Below, piece after piece: positions 1-13,920 of a DNA stretch of 64,000 nucleotides. The notes beneath the pieces were generated by a model that saw nothing but the letters and a program-made list of their open reading frames with translations, made no database searches and was not told where the DNA came from. The stretch lies in assembly GCF_963921235.1 (NCBI RefSeq), contig NC_086097.1, positions 145,454,001 through 145,518,000 on the forward strand. The letters run 5' to 3'. Source of the stretch: Mobula hypostoma (lineage: Eukaryota). Both the position numbers and the translations under genes were made by a program. How positions within the stretch are numbered: position 1 is the stretch's first letter; the number at the start of each line of letters is the position of its first letter.

Positions 1-247
1 CCCTCTGCCATCTGATTCCTAAGTGGACATTGAAGCTTTGGACACTAGCTCACTTTTTAAAAAAATAAACGGTATTTTTGTTTTTGCACTTTTTAAAATC
101 TATTCAATATTCGTAATTGATATATTATTTTTAAAAATTTTATTTATTATTATTTTTCTGCTAGATTATGTATTACATTGAACTGCTGCTGCTAAGTTAA
201 CAAATTTCACGTCCCATGCCAGTGACAATAAACCTGATTCCGATTCA
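1..247 (+). mobile_element. 3' end of a Rex1/Babar-type LINE
   Basis: Ends aataaacctgattccgattc. Homologous to the 3' UTR of the Rex element that begins at 55287 on the minus strand. Confidence 0.7.
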
Positions 248-3200
248 GAGATGATCTTGTTGCTCTATTGCAGATTGCCAGGTATGATGTTGTAGCCATC
301 ACTGAATTGTGGCTGAAGGATGGTTGTAGTTGAGAGCTGAATGTTCAAGGTTGCACGTTATATTGGAGGGATAGGAAGGTAGGCTGAGGGGGTGGTGTGG
401 CTCTACTGGTAAAGAATGGTAGAAAGATGTGACATAGGATCAGAAGATATTGAATTCTTTGTTGGTTGAGTTAAGAAACTACAAGGGTAAAAGGACATTG
501 ATGGCAGTTATATGCAGGCCTCCCAACAGTGGCTGGGAGGTGGACCACAGAGTACAACAGGAAATAGAAAAGGCGTGTCAAAAGGACAATGTTATGGTAG
601 TCATGGGAGATTTTAACATGCAGGTCAATTGGGAAAATCAGGTTGGTCATGGATCTCAAGAAAGTGAGTTTGTTGAATGCCTGCGAGATGGCTTTTTTTA
701 GGGGAGTTTGTTATTGAGCCTACTAGGGGATCAGCTATGCTGGATTGGCTGTTTTGTAATGAACCGGAGGTGATTAGGGAGCTTAAGGTAAAAGAATCCT
801 TAGGAGCAGTGATCACAATATGATTGAGTTCAACTTGAAATTTGATAGGGAGAAAGAAAAGTCTGACACAGCAAGAGTGGAGTAAAGGAAATTTACAGTG
901 GTATGAGAGAGGAGTTGGCCAAAGTAAATTGGAAGGAGCTGCTGGCCGGGATGTCAGGACAGCAGAAATGGCGTGACTTCTGGGGACAAATGAGGAAGGT
1001 GCAGGACGTATGTATTCCAAAAATGAAGAAATATTCAAATGGTAAAATAGTACAACCATGGCTGACAAGGGAAGTCAAAGCTACTGCAAAAAGCAAAAGA
1101 AAGAGCATACAACAAAGCAAAAAATAGTGGAAAGATAGAGTTAAAAATAAAAAAATGTGTTAAAAATAAAAGAGAAATGAGAATGGATATAGGACCACAA
1201 GAAAATGAGGGAAGAGAAATAACGGGGGACAAGGAGATGGCTGATGCATCAGTCTTCACTGTGGAAGACACTAGCAGTGTGCCAGATGTTGTAGTGTGTG
1301 AAGGAAGAGAAGTGGGTGCAATTACTACTACAAGGCAGAAGGTGCTCAAAAAGCTGAAAGAGCTAAAAGTACATCAGTCACCTGGACCAGATGATCTGCA
1401 CTCTAGGGTTGTGAAAGAGGTAGTGTTAGAGATTGTGGTGGCATTAGAAATGATCTTTCAAAAACCATTGGACTCTGGCGTGGTGCCAGACGATTGGAAA
1501 AGTGCAAATGTCACTCCACTCTATAAGAAAGCAGGGTGAAATTATAGACCAGTTAGCCTGACCTCAGTGGTTGGGAAGATATTAGAGTCAATTGTTAAGG
1601 ATGAGGTGATGGAGTACTTGGTGACACAGGTCAAGATAGTGTCATGTGACCAGCAACAATGAATATAGAATTGAGTCAGGTTTTAAAAACAAACATAAAC
1701 ATTCATTGAACTCTACTCCACTTTAAAACGAAACTGCGTCATGAGTCAAATACACAGCATAACGGAGTAACTGACGAATTAAGCAACAAATCAACCTCCG
1801 TAATAACGGGTTTTCCATTACATACCTATTGAGAACATGTCATCACATGACCTCACACTGGCAGGAAAATTACATCACCCCACCATCACAAGACCATTAC
1901 ATCATGCTTACAAGATACTCAATTACATCATGGTCATAAGACAGTCACAAGATACCCACGAGGTATGTAACAATAGTACAAAGTCAGCATGGTTTCCTTC
2001 AGGGAATATCCTGCCTGACAAATCCTTTGGAATCCTTTGAGGAGATTACAAGTAGGATAGATAAAGGGGATGCAATGGATGTTGTATATTTGGACTTACA
2101 GCAGACCTTTGACAAGATGCCACACATGAGGCTGTTTACCAAGTTAAGAGCCCATGGTATTACAGGAAAATTACTAATATGGTTAGAGCGTTGGCTGATT
2201 GGTAGAAGGCAGCGAGTGGGAATAAAAGGATCCTTTCCTGGTTGGCTGCCAGTGACTAGTGGTGTTCCTCAGGGGTCGGTGTTGGGACCACTTCTTTTTA
2301 TGTTGTATATCATTGATTTAGTTGATGGAATAGATGGCTTTATTGCCAAGTTTGCAAATGATACGAAGATTGGTGGAGGGGCAAGTAGTGTTGAGGAAAT
2401 GGGTAGGATGCAGAAGGACTTAGACAGATTAGAAAAAATGGGCAAGAAAGTGGCGAATGAAATACAGTGTTGGAAATGCATGGTCATGCACTTTGTTAGT
2501 AGATGTAAATGTGTGGACTATTTTCTGAATGGGGAGAAAATCCAAAAATCTGAGATGCAAAGGGACTTGGGAGACCTAGAACACCCTAAAGGTTAACTTT
2601 GCAGGTTGAGTCAGTGGTGAGGAAGGCAAAGGCTAGGTTAGCTTTCATTTCAAGAGGTCTGGAATACAAAAGCAAGGATGTGATGCTGAGGCTTTATAAG
2701 GTACTGGTGAGGCCTCGTTTTGAGTATTGTGAACAGTTTTGGACTTTCATCTTAGAAAAGATATGCTGGCATTAGAGGGGTTCAGAGGAGGTTCACAAGG
2801 ATGATTCCAGGAATGAAAGGGTTATCATACGAGGAAAGTTTGATGACTCTGGATCTGTACTCGCTGTAATTCAGAAACCTTTCAAATGTTGAAAGGCCTA
2901 GACAGAGTAGATGTGGAAAGGATGTTTCCTATGGTGGGAGAGTCAAGGACAAGAGGGCACAACTTCAGGATAGAGGGGTGCCCTTTCAAAACAGAGATGT
3001 GGAGAAATTTCTTCAGCCAAAGGGTTGTGAATGTCAAATTTGTTGCCACATGCAGCTGTGGAGGCCAGGTCGTTGGGTTTATTTAAGGCATGTATTGATA
3101 GGTTCTTGATTGGACATGGCATCAAAAGTTACGGGGAGAAGGCTGGGAACTGGGGTTGAGGAGAAGAAAAAGGATCAGCCATGATTGAATGGCAGAGCAG

Positions 3201-3250
3201 ACTTGATGGGCCAGATGGCCTAATTCTACTCCTGTGTCTTATGGTCTAAA
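248..3250 (+). mobile_element. Degenerate CR1 LINE ORF2 (APE endonuclease + RT) and 3' UTR, interrupted by a solo LTR
   Basis: Motifs [56 protein letters not shown]. Many stops and frameshifts. Confidence 0.9.
1640..1972. mobile_element. Solo LTR (333 bp) with ATAG TSD
   Basis: TGTCA...TAACA termini; ATAG at 1636-1639 and 1973-1976. CR1 sequence resumes on both sides. Confidence 0.8.
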
Positions 3251-3504
3251 ATAGGATCAAAGTAAGTAATATATTGCAGGAAAATACTGAAGGAGGTGAA
3301 GCAAAGCCAAAGAGCTCTGCAATGGTTCTGTTGTTTCCCTCAGGTTTTAGAAGTTTTCCCAAAGTTCTGCACAATATTTCTGTTGCTGGGAATGTAGCAA
3401 ATAATGACTTTGTACTGTATTTGTCCTTGATGAGAAGCTATATTCATTAAACATAATTATGAATTTGCCTTTAATGAAAATGATCCCATTTAAAATAGAT
3501 GCAT

Positions 3505-3690
3505 CTTTTCTAGCTATCTTCCTTCCCCTCCCTCCCCGCCCCACTTTTTTTTTTATTCTGTTATCTTCCCCCTTCCTTTCCAATCCTGAAGAAGGGTTTC
3601 GGACAGAAATGTCGACTGTTTGTTCTTTTCCATAGGTGCTGCCTGACCTGCTGAGTTCCTCCAGCATTTTGTATGTGTTGGTTTGAATCT
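3505..3690 (+). mobile_element. Penelope-like terminal repeat fragment with degenerate hammerhead motif
   Basis: cctgaagaagggtttcggacagaaatgtcgactg followed by gctgcctgacctgctgagttcctccagcattttg, shared with the Penelope arms. Confidence 0.7.
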
Positions 3691-3764
3691 CTTTCTTTTA
3701 TTTTTGGTAAATGATCAATTATAAGCTGATACCACTTCCGATTAAAGCCTTTATACATTCGCTT

Positions 3765-3992
3765 GAGCAGCGTGGTAACGTACCATTGACCTGGGTTCAG
3801 TTCCCATTACTGTGGGTTTCCTCCGGGTGCTCTGGTTTTATCCCACAGTCCAAAGACATACCGATTGGAATATTAATTGGTCATTGTAAATTGTCCCGTG
3901 ATTAGGTTGAGATTAAATCAGGCGATTGCTGGTCAGCACAGCTTGAAGGGCAGGAAGAGCCTATTGAGCGTGGTTTCTCAACAAAATAAAAT
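3765..3992 (+). mobile_element. tRNA-derived V-domain SINE (HE1-like)
   Basis: B-box-like gggttcagttccc, V-domain gtgggtttcctccgggtgctctggttt...cccacagtccaaagac, A-rich tail. Related pieces at ~22755-22880, ~32975-33250 and 59770-59905. Confidence 0.65.
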
Positions 3993-5268
3993 GTTAACTT
4001 ATTACATTTTCCACAAAGGTATTAAATTTTTTGTTTACTCTCTCATAAGGTTATGGAATTGGAATTAGAATTTTTGATCAATATCATTGCGATTTGTGTG
4101 ACTAGACCTGTGGAACAAGTGAAAGTAGCTACATGCTTAGCTACATAGAGGGGGTAGAATGATTAAACTGGTTTAAGGGTATACTTGGGTAGAATTTCAG
4201 CTCCCTTGATTTTGTTGCTAGAAGGGAGGATTTGACAAAGTTCTCTTGTGTGTGTCCTCTGTATTTAAATACGTTACACTTTAACAAAATATGATCTGTA
4301 ATGAGGTTCCTTTTTCAGCCTAGATAGTTTCTACAATTTTAACATTAAGTTCCACAAATTGAAAAAGAATATTTCTGATGTTCTATACAACTCAATGAAG
4401 CCGATTTGATTAAAGGCAAAAAAGTTTGAAACACTCCAGAGGTTAGATAGCAGCAAATGAAAGAAATTTCTGATAACTTGCTTTTTCTGTTAAAAACAGA
4501 ATTGGCCAGTTCTGCTGTAGGTTATTCACCTGTAATATTTGCTGAATTTTTATCTTTCCACTTAAACAGCTCTGCATTTCACAGTATTTGCATGTTCCTT
4601 TGTTTGTGTTCTATCTCCCTAACTAGTTAATCTAGCAACCAGAATTGCTTCAATAGTTTATCGCTACATCAACCCTGAGCTCACCCTCAGATTTTCTCTC
4701 TGTTCTATCCATTCGTCTTTCACTCTCTCCAACTTCTTTTCTCTTTCCCAGTGTTGACGGAGAATCTCTGACCTGAAGCATTAACTACTTTTCTTTTCTC
4801 CATTGCTGCTGAAGTTTTTTTCCCAGTGTTTTAATACCTGATACTCATCAAAAAATAAACTTTTCTGCTCAAAGGTTTTTTCAACTTCCGACATTCTCTG
4901 TTTTTGTTTTGGGTTTCTGTCATGTGCGAGTTTTTTTAATGTTTAACATTACTAGCAGGCTTGGCTCCTTTCAGAAACCTGGTGGCAAGTTCTAGCAGTT
5001 TAAGCCCTGTGACAAACGTAACAGGTTTATGTTGAAACTGCAGCATGAAAGCTGGTCTTTCAGTCAAACTGTCGATGTTCCTGCTCTATTAGAGCCCACA
5101 CCCACTCAAATTACCCTTTTCTTACTGTCTTGAATAACTTTCAATCATCCTCCCTGTTTATGCCAACCCTCCCAGAAGTACTAAATTCAATCACTCCACA
5201 GGTGAAGAAATAAATTAATTTGATATTTTAGTAGTTCTTTGTTCTGCATTCCAAGCATGAATATTTCA

Positions 5269-5312
5269 ACACAACTCAATCAAACCCCTTGACACAACTC
5301 AATCAAGCCCCC
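5269..5312. repeat. Tandem duplication, 23-nt period
   Basis: acacaactcaatcaaacccc, ttg, acacaactcaatcaagcccc. Confidence 0.7.
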
Positions 5313-5695
5313 ACATAGTTTTTAAGACTTTTATGGGACTTTTGTTATTTATTTTGACAATATTACAAGAAAATTTATGAGTAACAAGCTGATCCTAATT
5401 GTTTTATTAGCAGCTATATATTCCTTAATATCTTAATAAAAGCATGTATGTGCAGGTATTTTGTACAGCTTGTATGTATATTAGGTGTGGTTAAAAGTGA
5501 TTCTGACTTTGGTGGACTGTGGAATTTCCTTTAAGCTGTGTTTTTCCAGCTTGTGATTCAATTTCAGTAGAATATTTGGAATGGATTTGGAAGCTGCGGC
5601 TGATTTGGAACAAAAAACATTTTGAGGGAGTAAAGTGGAAATTTAAAAAAAAGCTTTCTCAGTAGTACTGAGCCTAATGTTAATTTGTTTTGCAG

Positions 5696-5766
5696 GAGGT
5701 TGCAAAGTTTGCTTTCTTGGCCTGCTTCAGTCATTCAGTCATTACAGTCTTGTTGCCCAAAAGCTG
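5696..5766 (+). CDS. ELP6: ELP6 internal coding exon (likely exon 3), 71 nt
   Basis: Acceptor tttgttttgcag and donor gtaagt. Translates GCKVCFLGLLQSFSHYSLVAQKL, matching recalled vertebrate ELP6 (NCKVCFVALIQSFSHYSIVGQKL). Ends in phase 0. Confidence 0.93.
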
Positions 5767-6069
5767 GTAAGTTTGGATGAAGTATTTGGCAACAATTTTT
5801 AAATGTTAAAGATTCCCTTTTGCGTATGAATAGGTGTGTTTTATTTTTAATTTTGTTGACATTTTATCCTGGTGGTTCTACATATTTATTTTATTATTCC
5901 TCTTCTAATTCACTTGGTCAGTGAATTTTATACTGGAATATAATTTGGATGAATGTCAGGTCTTCAACTTTGGTCTACATAATGGGAAAGTGGAGTATTT
6001 GTTAAATCGTGAGAGATTGGTGATGTTTGTACATGTAGACTGATAGGGAAACAAACATCCAGACACAAC

Positions 6070-6945
6070 GAGTGATTAATAGGTTAAGTGAGTAGGCAAC
6101 TTCCCACTCATGGAGTACAATGGAAGGAAAAATATCCACTTTGGAAGGAAAAATGGAAGAGCAAATTATTATTTAAATGGTAAAAGATTGCAGCATACTG
6201 CTTTGCAGAGGGACTTGGGGGTGCTTGTGTATGAATCACAAAAGTTTGGTTTGCAGATGCAGCAGGTTATCAAGGAGGCAATTGGGATATTGGCCTTCAC
6301 TGCTAGAGGGATTGAATTTAAGAGCAGGGAGGTTATACTGCAATTATATAGGATACTGGTGAGGCTTCATCTGGAGTACTGCATGTAGTTCTGGTCTCCT
6401 TACCTGAGGAAGCATATACTGGCTTTCAAGGCAATGCAGAGGAAGTTCAGCAGGTTGACTTCGGAGATGAGGGGGTTAGACTATGAGGAGAGATTGAGTC
6501 GCCTGGGACTGTACTCACTGGAATTCAAAAGAATGAGAGGAGGTCTTATAGAAACATAAAATTATGAAAAAGGATAGATAAGATAGAGGCAGGAAAGTTG
6601 TTTTCACTGGTAAGTGAGACTGGAACTTGGGGTCATAGTCTCAAATTTTGGGGGAGTAAATTTAGGACGGAGATGAAGAGGAACTGCTGTTTCCAAAGAG
6701 TGGTGAATCTGTGAATTATTTGCCCAATGAAGCACTGGAGGCTACCTCAGTAAATATATTTAAGACAAGGTTGGGTAGATTTTTGCATAGTAGGGGAATT
6801 AAGGGTTATGTGGAAAAGGCAGGTAGGTGGAGATGAGTCCATGGCCAGATCAGCCATGATCTTATTGAATGGCAGAGCAAGCTTGACAGGCCAGATGGCC
6901 TACTCCTGCTCCTATTTTTTTTTATGTTTTTATGTTCTTATGCTG
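6070..6945 (+). mobile_element. 5'-truncated CR1 LINE
   Basis: LQRDLGVLV and LYRILVRLHLEYC motifs; ends in (ttcttatg)-like repeats. An older CR1 remnant follows to ~7470. Confidence 0.85.
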
Positions 6946-7617
6946 TTATGATTTTGCAACTGTGTAGGGTCTTGGTGAGACTGAATTTGGAGAACTGTGT
7001 ACCACTTTCATCTCCTTACCTAACAAAGGATATACTTGGAGGAAAAGCAGTGAAGATTCATCAGATTAATTCCAGGAATGGCACCTTTGCATATGAAAAG
7101 AGATTGAGTGGACTACTATTGTAACCTGTAATTTGAGAGAGTAGTTCATCAAACCAACACAATTCATGAAGAGCTTGACAGGCTAGATGGAAAGGTGGTG
7201 TTTCCCTTGCTTGAGGACCATGGGGCACATTTGAAGAATAAGGCATAAGCGTTTAGTACTGAGATGAAGGGAAATTCCTTCCCTCAAAGTGGTGAGACTT
7301 TGAAATTCCTTACCAATGTGGATTGTTTTCACTTTGTGTTCATTCAAAACATTATTAAAGGAATTGAACGAATTGTGATACAATATGACGCTGCAGTGGA
7401 TGGTCAGCTGTGATTTTAATGAAAGGCAGAAGTATTTAAAAACTGGATGGGTTTTTAAATATTTGCCATTTCTGGTGTTTACTCATTTGTTGTCCTTTGT
7501 TTTGAAGCATTCTTTAAAAAGAATCTGTGCAGGAAAGATTTGCTTTCTAGAAATTTCTTACTGCATATATCTCATCATATTTTATTATGCATCCACATGT
7601 GTGGCTTGTGTTAACAG

Positions 7618-7751
7618 GGAGTTAATCTGTCTGCAGCCAGAGAGAAGGGACAGCTGGTATTTTTGGAAGGACTGTGCTCATCTCTTGACCTATTGCTTGA
7701 TGATCAACAGGACAGTACTTTGCACAAATCATCCCCTCTGCAATTTCTAAG
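7618..7751 (+). CDS. ELP6: ELP6 internal coding exon (likely exon 4), 134 nt
   Basis: Acceptor ttaacag and donor gtatta. Translates GVNLSAAREKGQLVFLEGLCSSLDLLLDDQQDSTLHKSSPLQFL (cf. GVSLTMARERGQLVFLEGL...PLQFL). Phase 0 in and phase 2 out, consistent with neighbouring exons. Confidence 0.92.
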
Positions 7752-10309
7752 GTATTATAATTTCAAAGTCTTAGACAAATAATTATGTTAGAAGATGGAA
7801 TGAATCTTTACTGGAGATTGCAGATTAATCTGTTCTTCAAGGCTTCCTCAAAAAGTTTTCTTTCTCTGATAGCTATATGGACAGGAAAGGAATAGAGGGT
7901 TATGGGCTGAGTGCAGGTCGGTGGGACTAGGTGAGAGTAAGAGTTCAGCACAGACTAGAAGGGCTGAGATGGCCTGTTTCGGTGCTGTAATTATTATATG
8001 GTTATATGCAAGAATAAGAAATGCACAAAGCAGACAACGTCTAGTTTGAAATGCTGTTCCAATCATTCTTGTTGGATCTGACAAATGGTCTTCCTTAAGG
8101 GAAGGAAGCAAGTTATTTTTTAGTAATCTTTAATAAAATCCCATGGCTGCTATTAAACTGCTACCGGTAAGCCCTTACGGTATTTGATTACATCAGACCA
8201 TGCCAAATATTTCCTGATTCGCTCTGATCTTCCTTTTCCTTTTCATCATTGTCAGCTTCTCTCTGTTCCTCCCACCTTCTCTCATTCTGCCCACTCCCTT
8301 AATGTCTGTCATTTACTGTATATGTCCTACCCCAATCTGGCTTCTTAAAGTGCATCACCTCGCACTTGTAGGGATTAATATTTATCTGCCAGTGCTCTGC
8401 CCAACTTTGCCTCTGATCTATACCCTAATGTAGTCTGAGACAATCTTCTTGTTACAGCACCAATTTTCTTGTATTCTGCAAACATTACAGTTATACCTTC
8501 TACACTCACATTCCTGCAGTACGATTTTGAATCAGGAATTTCATCCCACCATTGCCATCCATTTCCTATCATCAGCCTTGGATCTTGTATCTTAGCCTTC
8601 TGGGTCATCCTATAGTACTGAACCTTGTCATTGTCAGTGACAAGGTGACGTTGTCCTTGGATTGTGAGCCTTGGTAAGCATGCATGCATGCCAGCCAGCA
8701 AGATGAGCTGTGTGGCTTGCCAGGATTTGGGGTGGGGGGGGGGCGCTGTCATGTCAATGGCACTTCAAGGCATGGGGAAAGGTGTCTGTGGTGAATGCCT
8801 TCCTACAGAATCTGGTTTATTATCACTGACATATTATGTGAAATTTTTTGTTTTTGCGGCAGCAGTACAGTGCAAAGATGTAAAAATCTTCAAATTACAG
8901 AAATAGTGCAAAAATACCCAATAACAAGGTAGTATTGATAGTCCATGGACCATGGAGAAATCTGATGGCAGAGGGAAAGGAGCTACTCCTGAATCATTGG
9001 GTGTGCATCACAGCTTGGTATGGAGGCTCCAGCGCACAGAATTGCAAGACGCTGCAACCAGTCAGCGTGCTCTCCACCACATAGAACATAAAACTGTAGA
9101 GCACAGGAACAGACTCTTCCGTCCACAATGATGTGCCAAACCAATTAAATTAGTAATCAAATGGCCAACTCAACTAACCTTTTCCGACGATACAATATCA
9201 ATATCTCTTCATTTTCCTCAACCAAGATGGTGCTGGTGAAAATTGTGGGCAGCTTACAAAACCTCTATATGTACCTCTTCTGAGCTACTCCCACTGAAAT
9301 CTGCAGTATCATGCTTTTGAACCATCTTAATGAACTAGCGATTTCACGACCTTTGGAAGGACATGGCGGACTTAATTCTCAAGAGTTCAGGTACACCACC
9401 TTTAAACGGACGAAGGTCCATCACCACGGCCGTAAGGGAGGAGAGGAGGACTCCAAGACAGACTAAAATACTGGTGTATGAAACTTTGTCTACCCAGTAT
9501 CTTGTTAGAAAATGTACATTTGCTGGACAACACGATTGAGGACCTAAGGAAAAGATTGCTGTATTGGAGGGTATTCCGGGATTACTGCACTCTGTGTTTC
9601 ATGGAGACATGGCTAACTCAAGAAACACTGGATTTGATTGATCATATTTGAAGGCCTCTTAATACACAGAATGGACCAGTCTGCTGCTTTGGAGAAGACA
9701 AAATGTTGGGGGGGAAGGGGGTCTGTGTTTCATGATAAACTCTTCATGGTTCTCAGACATAGCGGCTTTGTCGCACTCTTGTTCCCCCGACCTGGAGCGT
9801 CAAATGATTAGGTGCCAACTGTTCTACTTCTCCTCCATGATTCTGAATGCAGCTTATGTACAGCTAAAGGTCGATGTTGAGCAGGAACTCTATGTACCAA
9901 GTGCCTGCATCAGCAAACAAAAAACAGCCTAACCTGACCCCTTTCAAATCATTCTCAAGGATTTGAGGATTTCAGTCAGGTTCATTTGAAGAAATCTCTG
10001 CCCAACTATCAACAATATATCATCTGCAGCACCTGGGATCCAAATACACTCGACCACTGCTACACTACCATAAGAAATCTTTGGATCCCTACACTACATT
10101 TTGCGAAATCTGATAATGTGGCTGTCCTCCTCCTAACTGCATACAGTCAGAGGCTAAGGAGCAAGTTCCAGAAATAAGGGCAACAAAGAGGTGGTCACGG
10201 GATGCGGAGGAGCAGCTGCAGGATTGCTTCGAGTCGATGGACTGAGCCATGTTCAAGGACTCATCAGAAGATCTGAATGAATACACCACGGTTGTCACAG
10301 ACTTCCTAA

Positions 10310-11150
10310 TGTTATGTACCCCGTAACTGGGTTGCCAAACCAGCAGAAATGGACCACTTTGTTGGAGTCTGGATTACTGGAACTAAGAAAGTTTTATTAA
10401 AGAAATAAGTAACACAGTACTCTAATAGTAAGGATATAAATGCAACAGGTTAGCAATGAATAAACACACATGTACACAGAATTAGGATAATAGGATCAAT
10501 CAAGCTCTATCGCATTCTAGGGGTAAAATGATCAGTCTCAAGTGACACAGAGTTCAGTTCAGTTTCAGTTCACAGTAATCGCTGTCGTGCCGTTGGGGGG
10601 AGAGAGAGAGAGAGAGAGCGAATGCTGATATTCAAATCGGATTCAACAGACCGACCTTTGTTCTTCACAGTTCGCTATCGGCGCGAGACCTTTTTAATGT
10701 CTTCTGAGGTCACCGACTGTGACCCCTCCGTTCCGGATACAATCGTTCTTCTGCGGTGAACCCGGCACCCAGGCAAGGGTGGACACACACACCAGGTTCC
10801 CGCCGACCGTACCTTCTCACCCTGTGCGTCTATGGTTGGTCCTGCGTCTAGACCTCCAAAACTCCCACCAACTTGTGGGGGCACACCGCTTTTCCAGGGT
10901 CTCGTTATTTCGTGCTGTCGTGTGTGTCCTTTGCCTTAGCGAACCTGTTCCTTTTATCCCCCTGCTGGGGTATTGCCTGTTCATCAAACTTCAAACAGTT
11001 CAGGTTCAAAGCAACTGGTCTCTGACAATACTCGGAACTGTGTCCCCTTTTCATTAATCCCTCTCGTCTCTCTCTTATTAGCATTTTGAATGTTTCCCCC
11101 ATTTGTCTCTCTCTTATCGGCATCTTCTGATAATTTGGTCTATTGTCACA
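10310..11150 (-). mobile_element. Solo LTR (841 bp, Gypsy-like) with CTAA TSD
   Basis: TGTTA...TCACA termini; CTAA at 10306-10309 and 11151-11154. The Rex sequence is contiguous once it is removed. TTTATT near 10393 suggests minus orientation. Confidence 0.85.
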
Positions 11151-12193
11151 CTAAAACCAAACATAGATGAGTGTGTCCCCACAAAATTATTCAGAGTCTT
11201 TCCCAACCAGAAGCCCTGGGTGAACCATGAGATTCTCAATTGGCTGAGGACTAGATCAGTGTCATTCAGGTCTGGCAGCCAGTAAAATGCAAGAGGTCCA
11301 GGTACAACCTCCAAGAAGCCATTCCACATGCAAAGTGGCAATTCCAGACCAAACCTGAAGCACTGAAGGATGCTGGACAGCTGTGGCAGGGGTCGGATGT
11401 TCTCACTTCCTACCAAGTGAAACCAAGCGACATGGGTGACAACGTGGTTTCACTCTCAGATGAGCTCAGTGCCTTTTTTTGCTTGCTTTGACCATCAAAA
11501 CATGGAGGCATCTTCGTGAACTCCCATAGCCCCTGATGACCCTGTGATTTCAGTCTCAGGCTGAAGTGAAAACCATGGAAATCATCCAACTAAGATAGAG
11601 TATCTGGCCGAATACTAAAGAGCTGTTCTAATCAATGGACTGGAGTGTTCACTGATATATTTAACCTCTCACTTTGGCAGACTGTGGTACCCATCCTGTC
11701 TGCTTCAAGCAGACTTCATTTATACCAGTGCCTAAGGAGCTGGTAACCTGCTTCAATAATTATCGTCCAGTAACACTTACAGCCACTGTAACAAAGTGCT
11801 TTGAGAGGTTGGTGATGAAACATATCATCTCCTGCCTGAGAAGCAACTTTGGTCTGCTCTAAATTGCCTGCTGTCACAACAGGTGAACAAGAGCTGCCAT
11901 TTCATTCGATCTTCACTCAACCCTGGAACATATGGACAGCGAAGATGCATACATCAGGATGTTCTTCATTGATTGCAGCTTGGCATTCGATATTTTCATC
12001 CCCTCAAAACTAATCAATAAGCATCAAGACCTAGGCTTCAATTTCTCCTTGTGCAATTTGGTCCTCTTGTTTCCTCACTTGCAGACCCCAGTCAGTTCAG
12101 ATTGGAAATATCTCCAACGCAGTCACATCAGGACAGGTGCACCACGAGGCTGTGCGTAGCCCCCTGCTCTACCAGTTTTATACTTGGGACTAA

Positions 12194-12934
12194 AGGCTGA
12201 TTTATACTTGTGCGTTAATTGTACGCTGCAGGTATGGCGTAGCCACGTACCCTACGCTGTACTCTATGCCGAACCCTACGCCGTAGCCTGACGCGCACCT
12301 CTCCCAAAATGTAACTATGCGTCGCAGTGACGCAGACTGAAACAACTGTGATTGGTCTGCTTGGTAGCATCTTATTTCCTCCTACGCTGCAATAGCTTCC
12401 CATTGGGCGACTGAAGGGTAGGGAAGGAACTCTGGCTGCAATGCTTTCCATAAAGCTTTACAGACCTCCAAAATTATGGAGGTCCCTGTGCTTGATGCCA
12501 GTTTGTAGCTAGTTGCTACAGCCTGTTGACTTCCACCTGAAGCTAAAACTGGAATGGTGATTGCCAGTCTCTGAGTATACTGTGCGTACACTGATGTGAA
12601 ATAAATCGTTGGAGACGATGAACCAAATTGCCAAATCTACCTGCCAACATACGAAAATATTTGAAATGCATTTCCTCGTCCATGTCTCTCAGTGGCCAGA
12701 CAAGTACAGAAAATTCACCCTCCTTTAGTTTCAGTCGCCATTGTTTGAAGTTTTAAGTTTCTTCGTGTTGAAACTCAACACAGTGGCATAGAAACCCCAA
12801 CGCCAACTATCGTTTTGGTGGTGAATTGCAAAGCGATGCAGACACACCAACGCACAAGTATAAATGCTCACAATGGCGTAGCCCACTTGCCTAGGCTACG
12901 GCGTAAACTGGTACGCACAAGTATAAATCAACCT
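12194..12934 (-). mobile_element. Non-autonomous PIF/Harbinger DNA transposon (741 bp)
   Basis: 22-bp TIRs aggctgatttatacttgtgcgt / acgcacaagtataaatcaacct and TAA TSD on both sides. Minus-strand remnant [37 protein letters not shown] resembles the N-terminal region of a Harbinger transposase. Confidence 0.85.
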
Positions 12935-13920
12935 TAAGGCTAAGCACAGCTCCAATGCCATATTTAAGGCACCGCTGCACTGCCATTGGCTGATTCAAAG
13001 ATGGTGACGAATCAGCATGTAAGAGGGAGACTGAGAATCTGGCTGAATGTTGCCACAACAACAATTTCTCACTCAATGTCAGTAAGACCAAGGAACTGAT
13101 TGTTGACTGAAGAAGGAGGAAATTGAAGCCTCATGAGCCGGTCCTCATCAGGGGATTAGCAGTGGAGAGGGTCAGTTACTTTAAATTACTCGGTGTTATC
13201 ATTTTAGAAGATCTTTTCTGGGTCCAGCGTGTAAGTGCCATTACAAAGAAAGCACAGAAGCACCTCTACTTCGAAGTTTGCGAAGATTCAGCATGTTATC
13301 AAAAACTTTGGCTGACATTCACAGATGTGTGATGGAGAGTACACTGAAAAGGTTACATAATGGTGAGGAAACACCAAAGTCTTTGCATGGAAAAGCCTAC
13401 GAAAAGTAGTGGATACAGCCCAGTCCGTCACAGATAAAGCCTCTCACCTCCCCCCCCCCCCCACCAATGAACACATCTACCTGGAGCACTGTTTGCAGGA
13501 AAGCAGCATCCATCTTCAAGAACCCCCACATCTAGACCGTACTCTCTTCTCGCTGCCGCCATCAGGATGGAAGCACAGGAGCCTCAGCACCATCAGGCTC
13601 TTGAACCTGAGGGAATAACTTCACTCAACTTTATTCACCCTATCACTGAATGGTTCCCACAACCTTTTGGACTCACTTTCAAGGATTTTTCATCTCATGT
13701 TCCTAATATTTATCGCTAATTTATTAGTATTACTATCATTTTATCTTTCTCTTTGTATTAACAGTTTGTTGTCTTTTGCACATTGGTTGTTTGCCTGTTG
13801 AGTGTGGTGTTTTATTGTGTTTTTTGTACTTACTGTGAATGCCCACAAGAAAATGAGTCTCAGGGTTGTATGCGGTGACATACATGTGTTTTGGGTAATA
13901 AATTTACCTTGAACTTTGAC

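Larger units (their letters stand above)
9221..13920 (+). mobile_element. Near full-length degenerate Rex1/Babar LINE containing a solo LTR and a Harbinger insertion
   Basis: Motifs [60 protein letters not shown]. Tail aataaatttaccttgaactttga. Confidence 0.85.
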
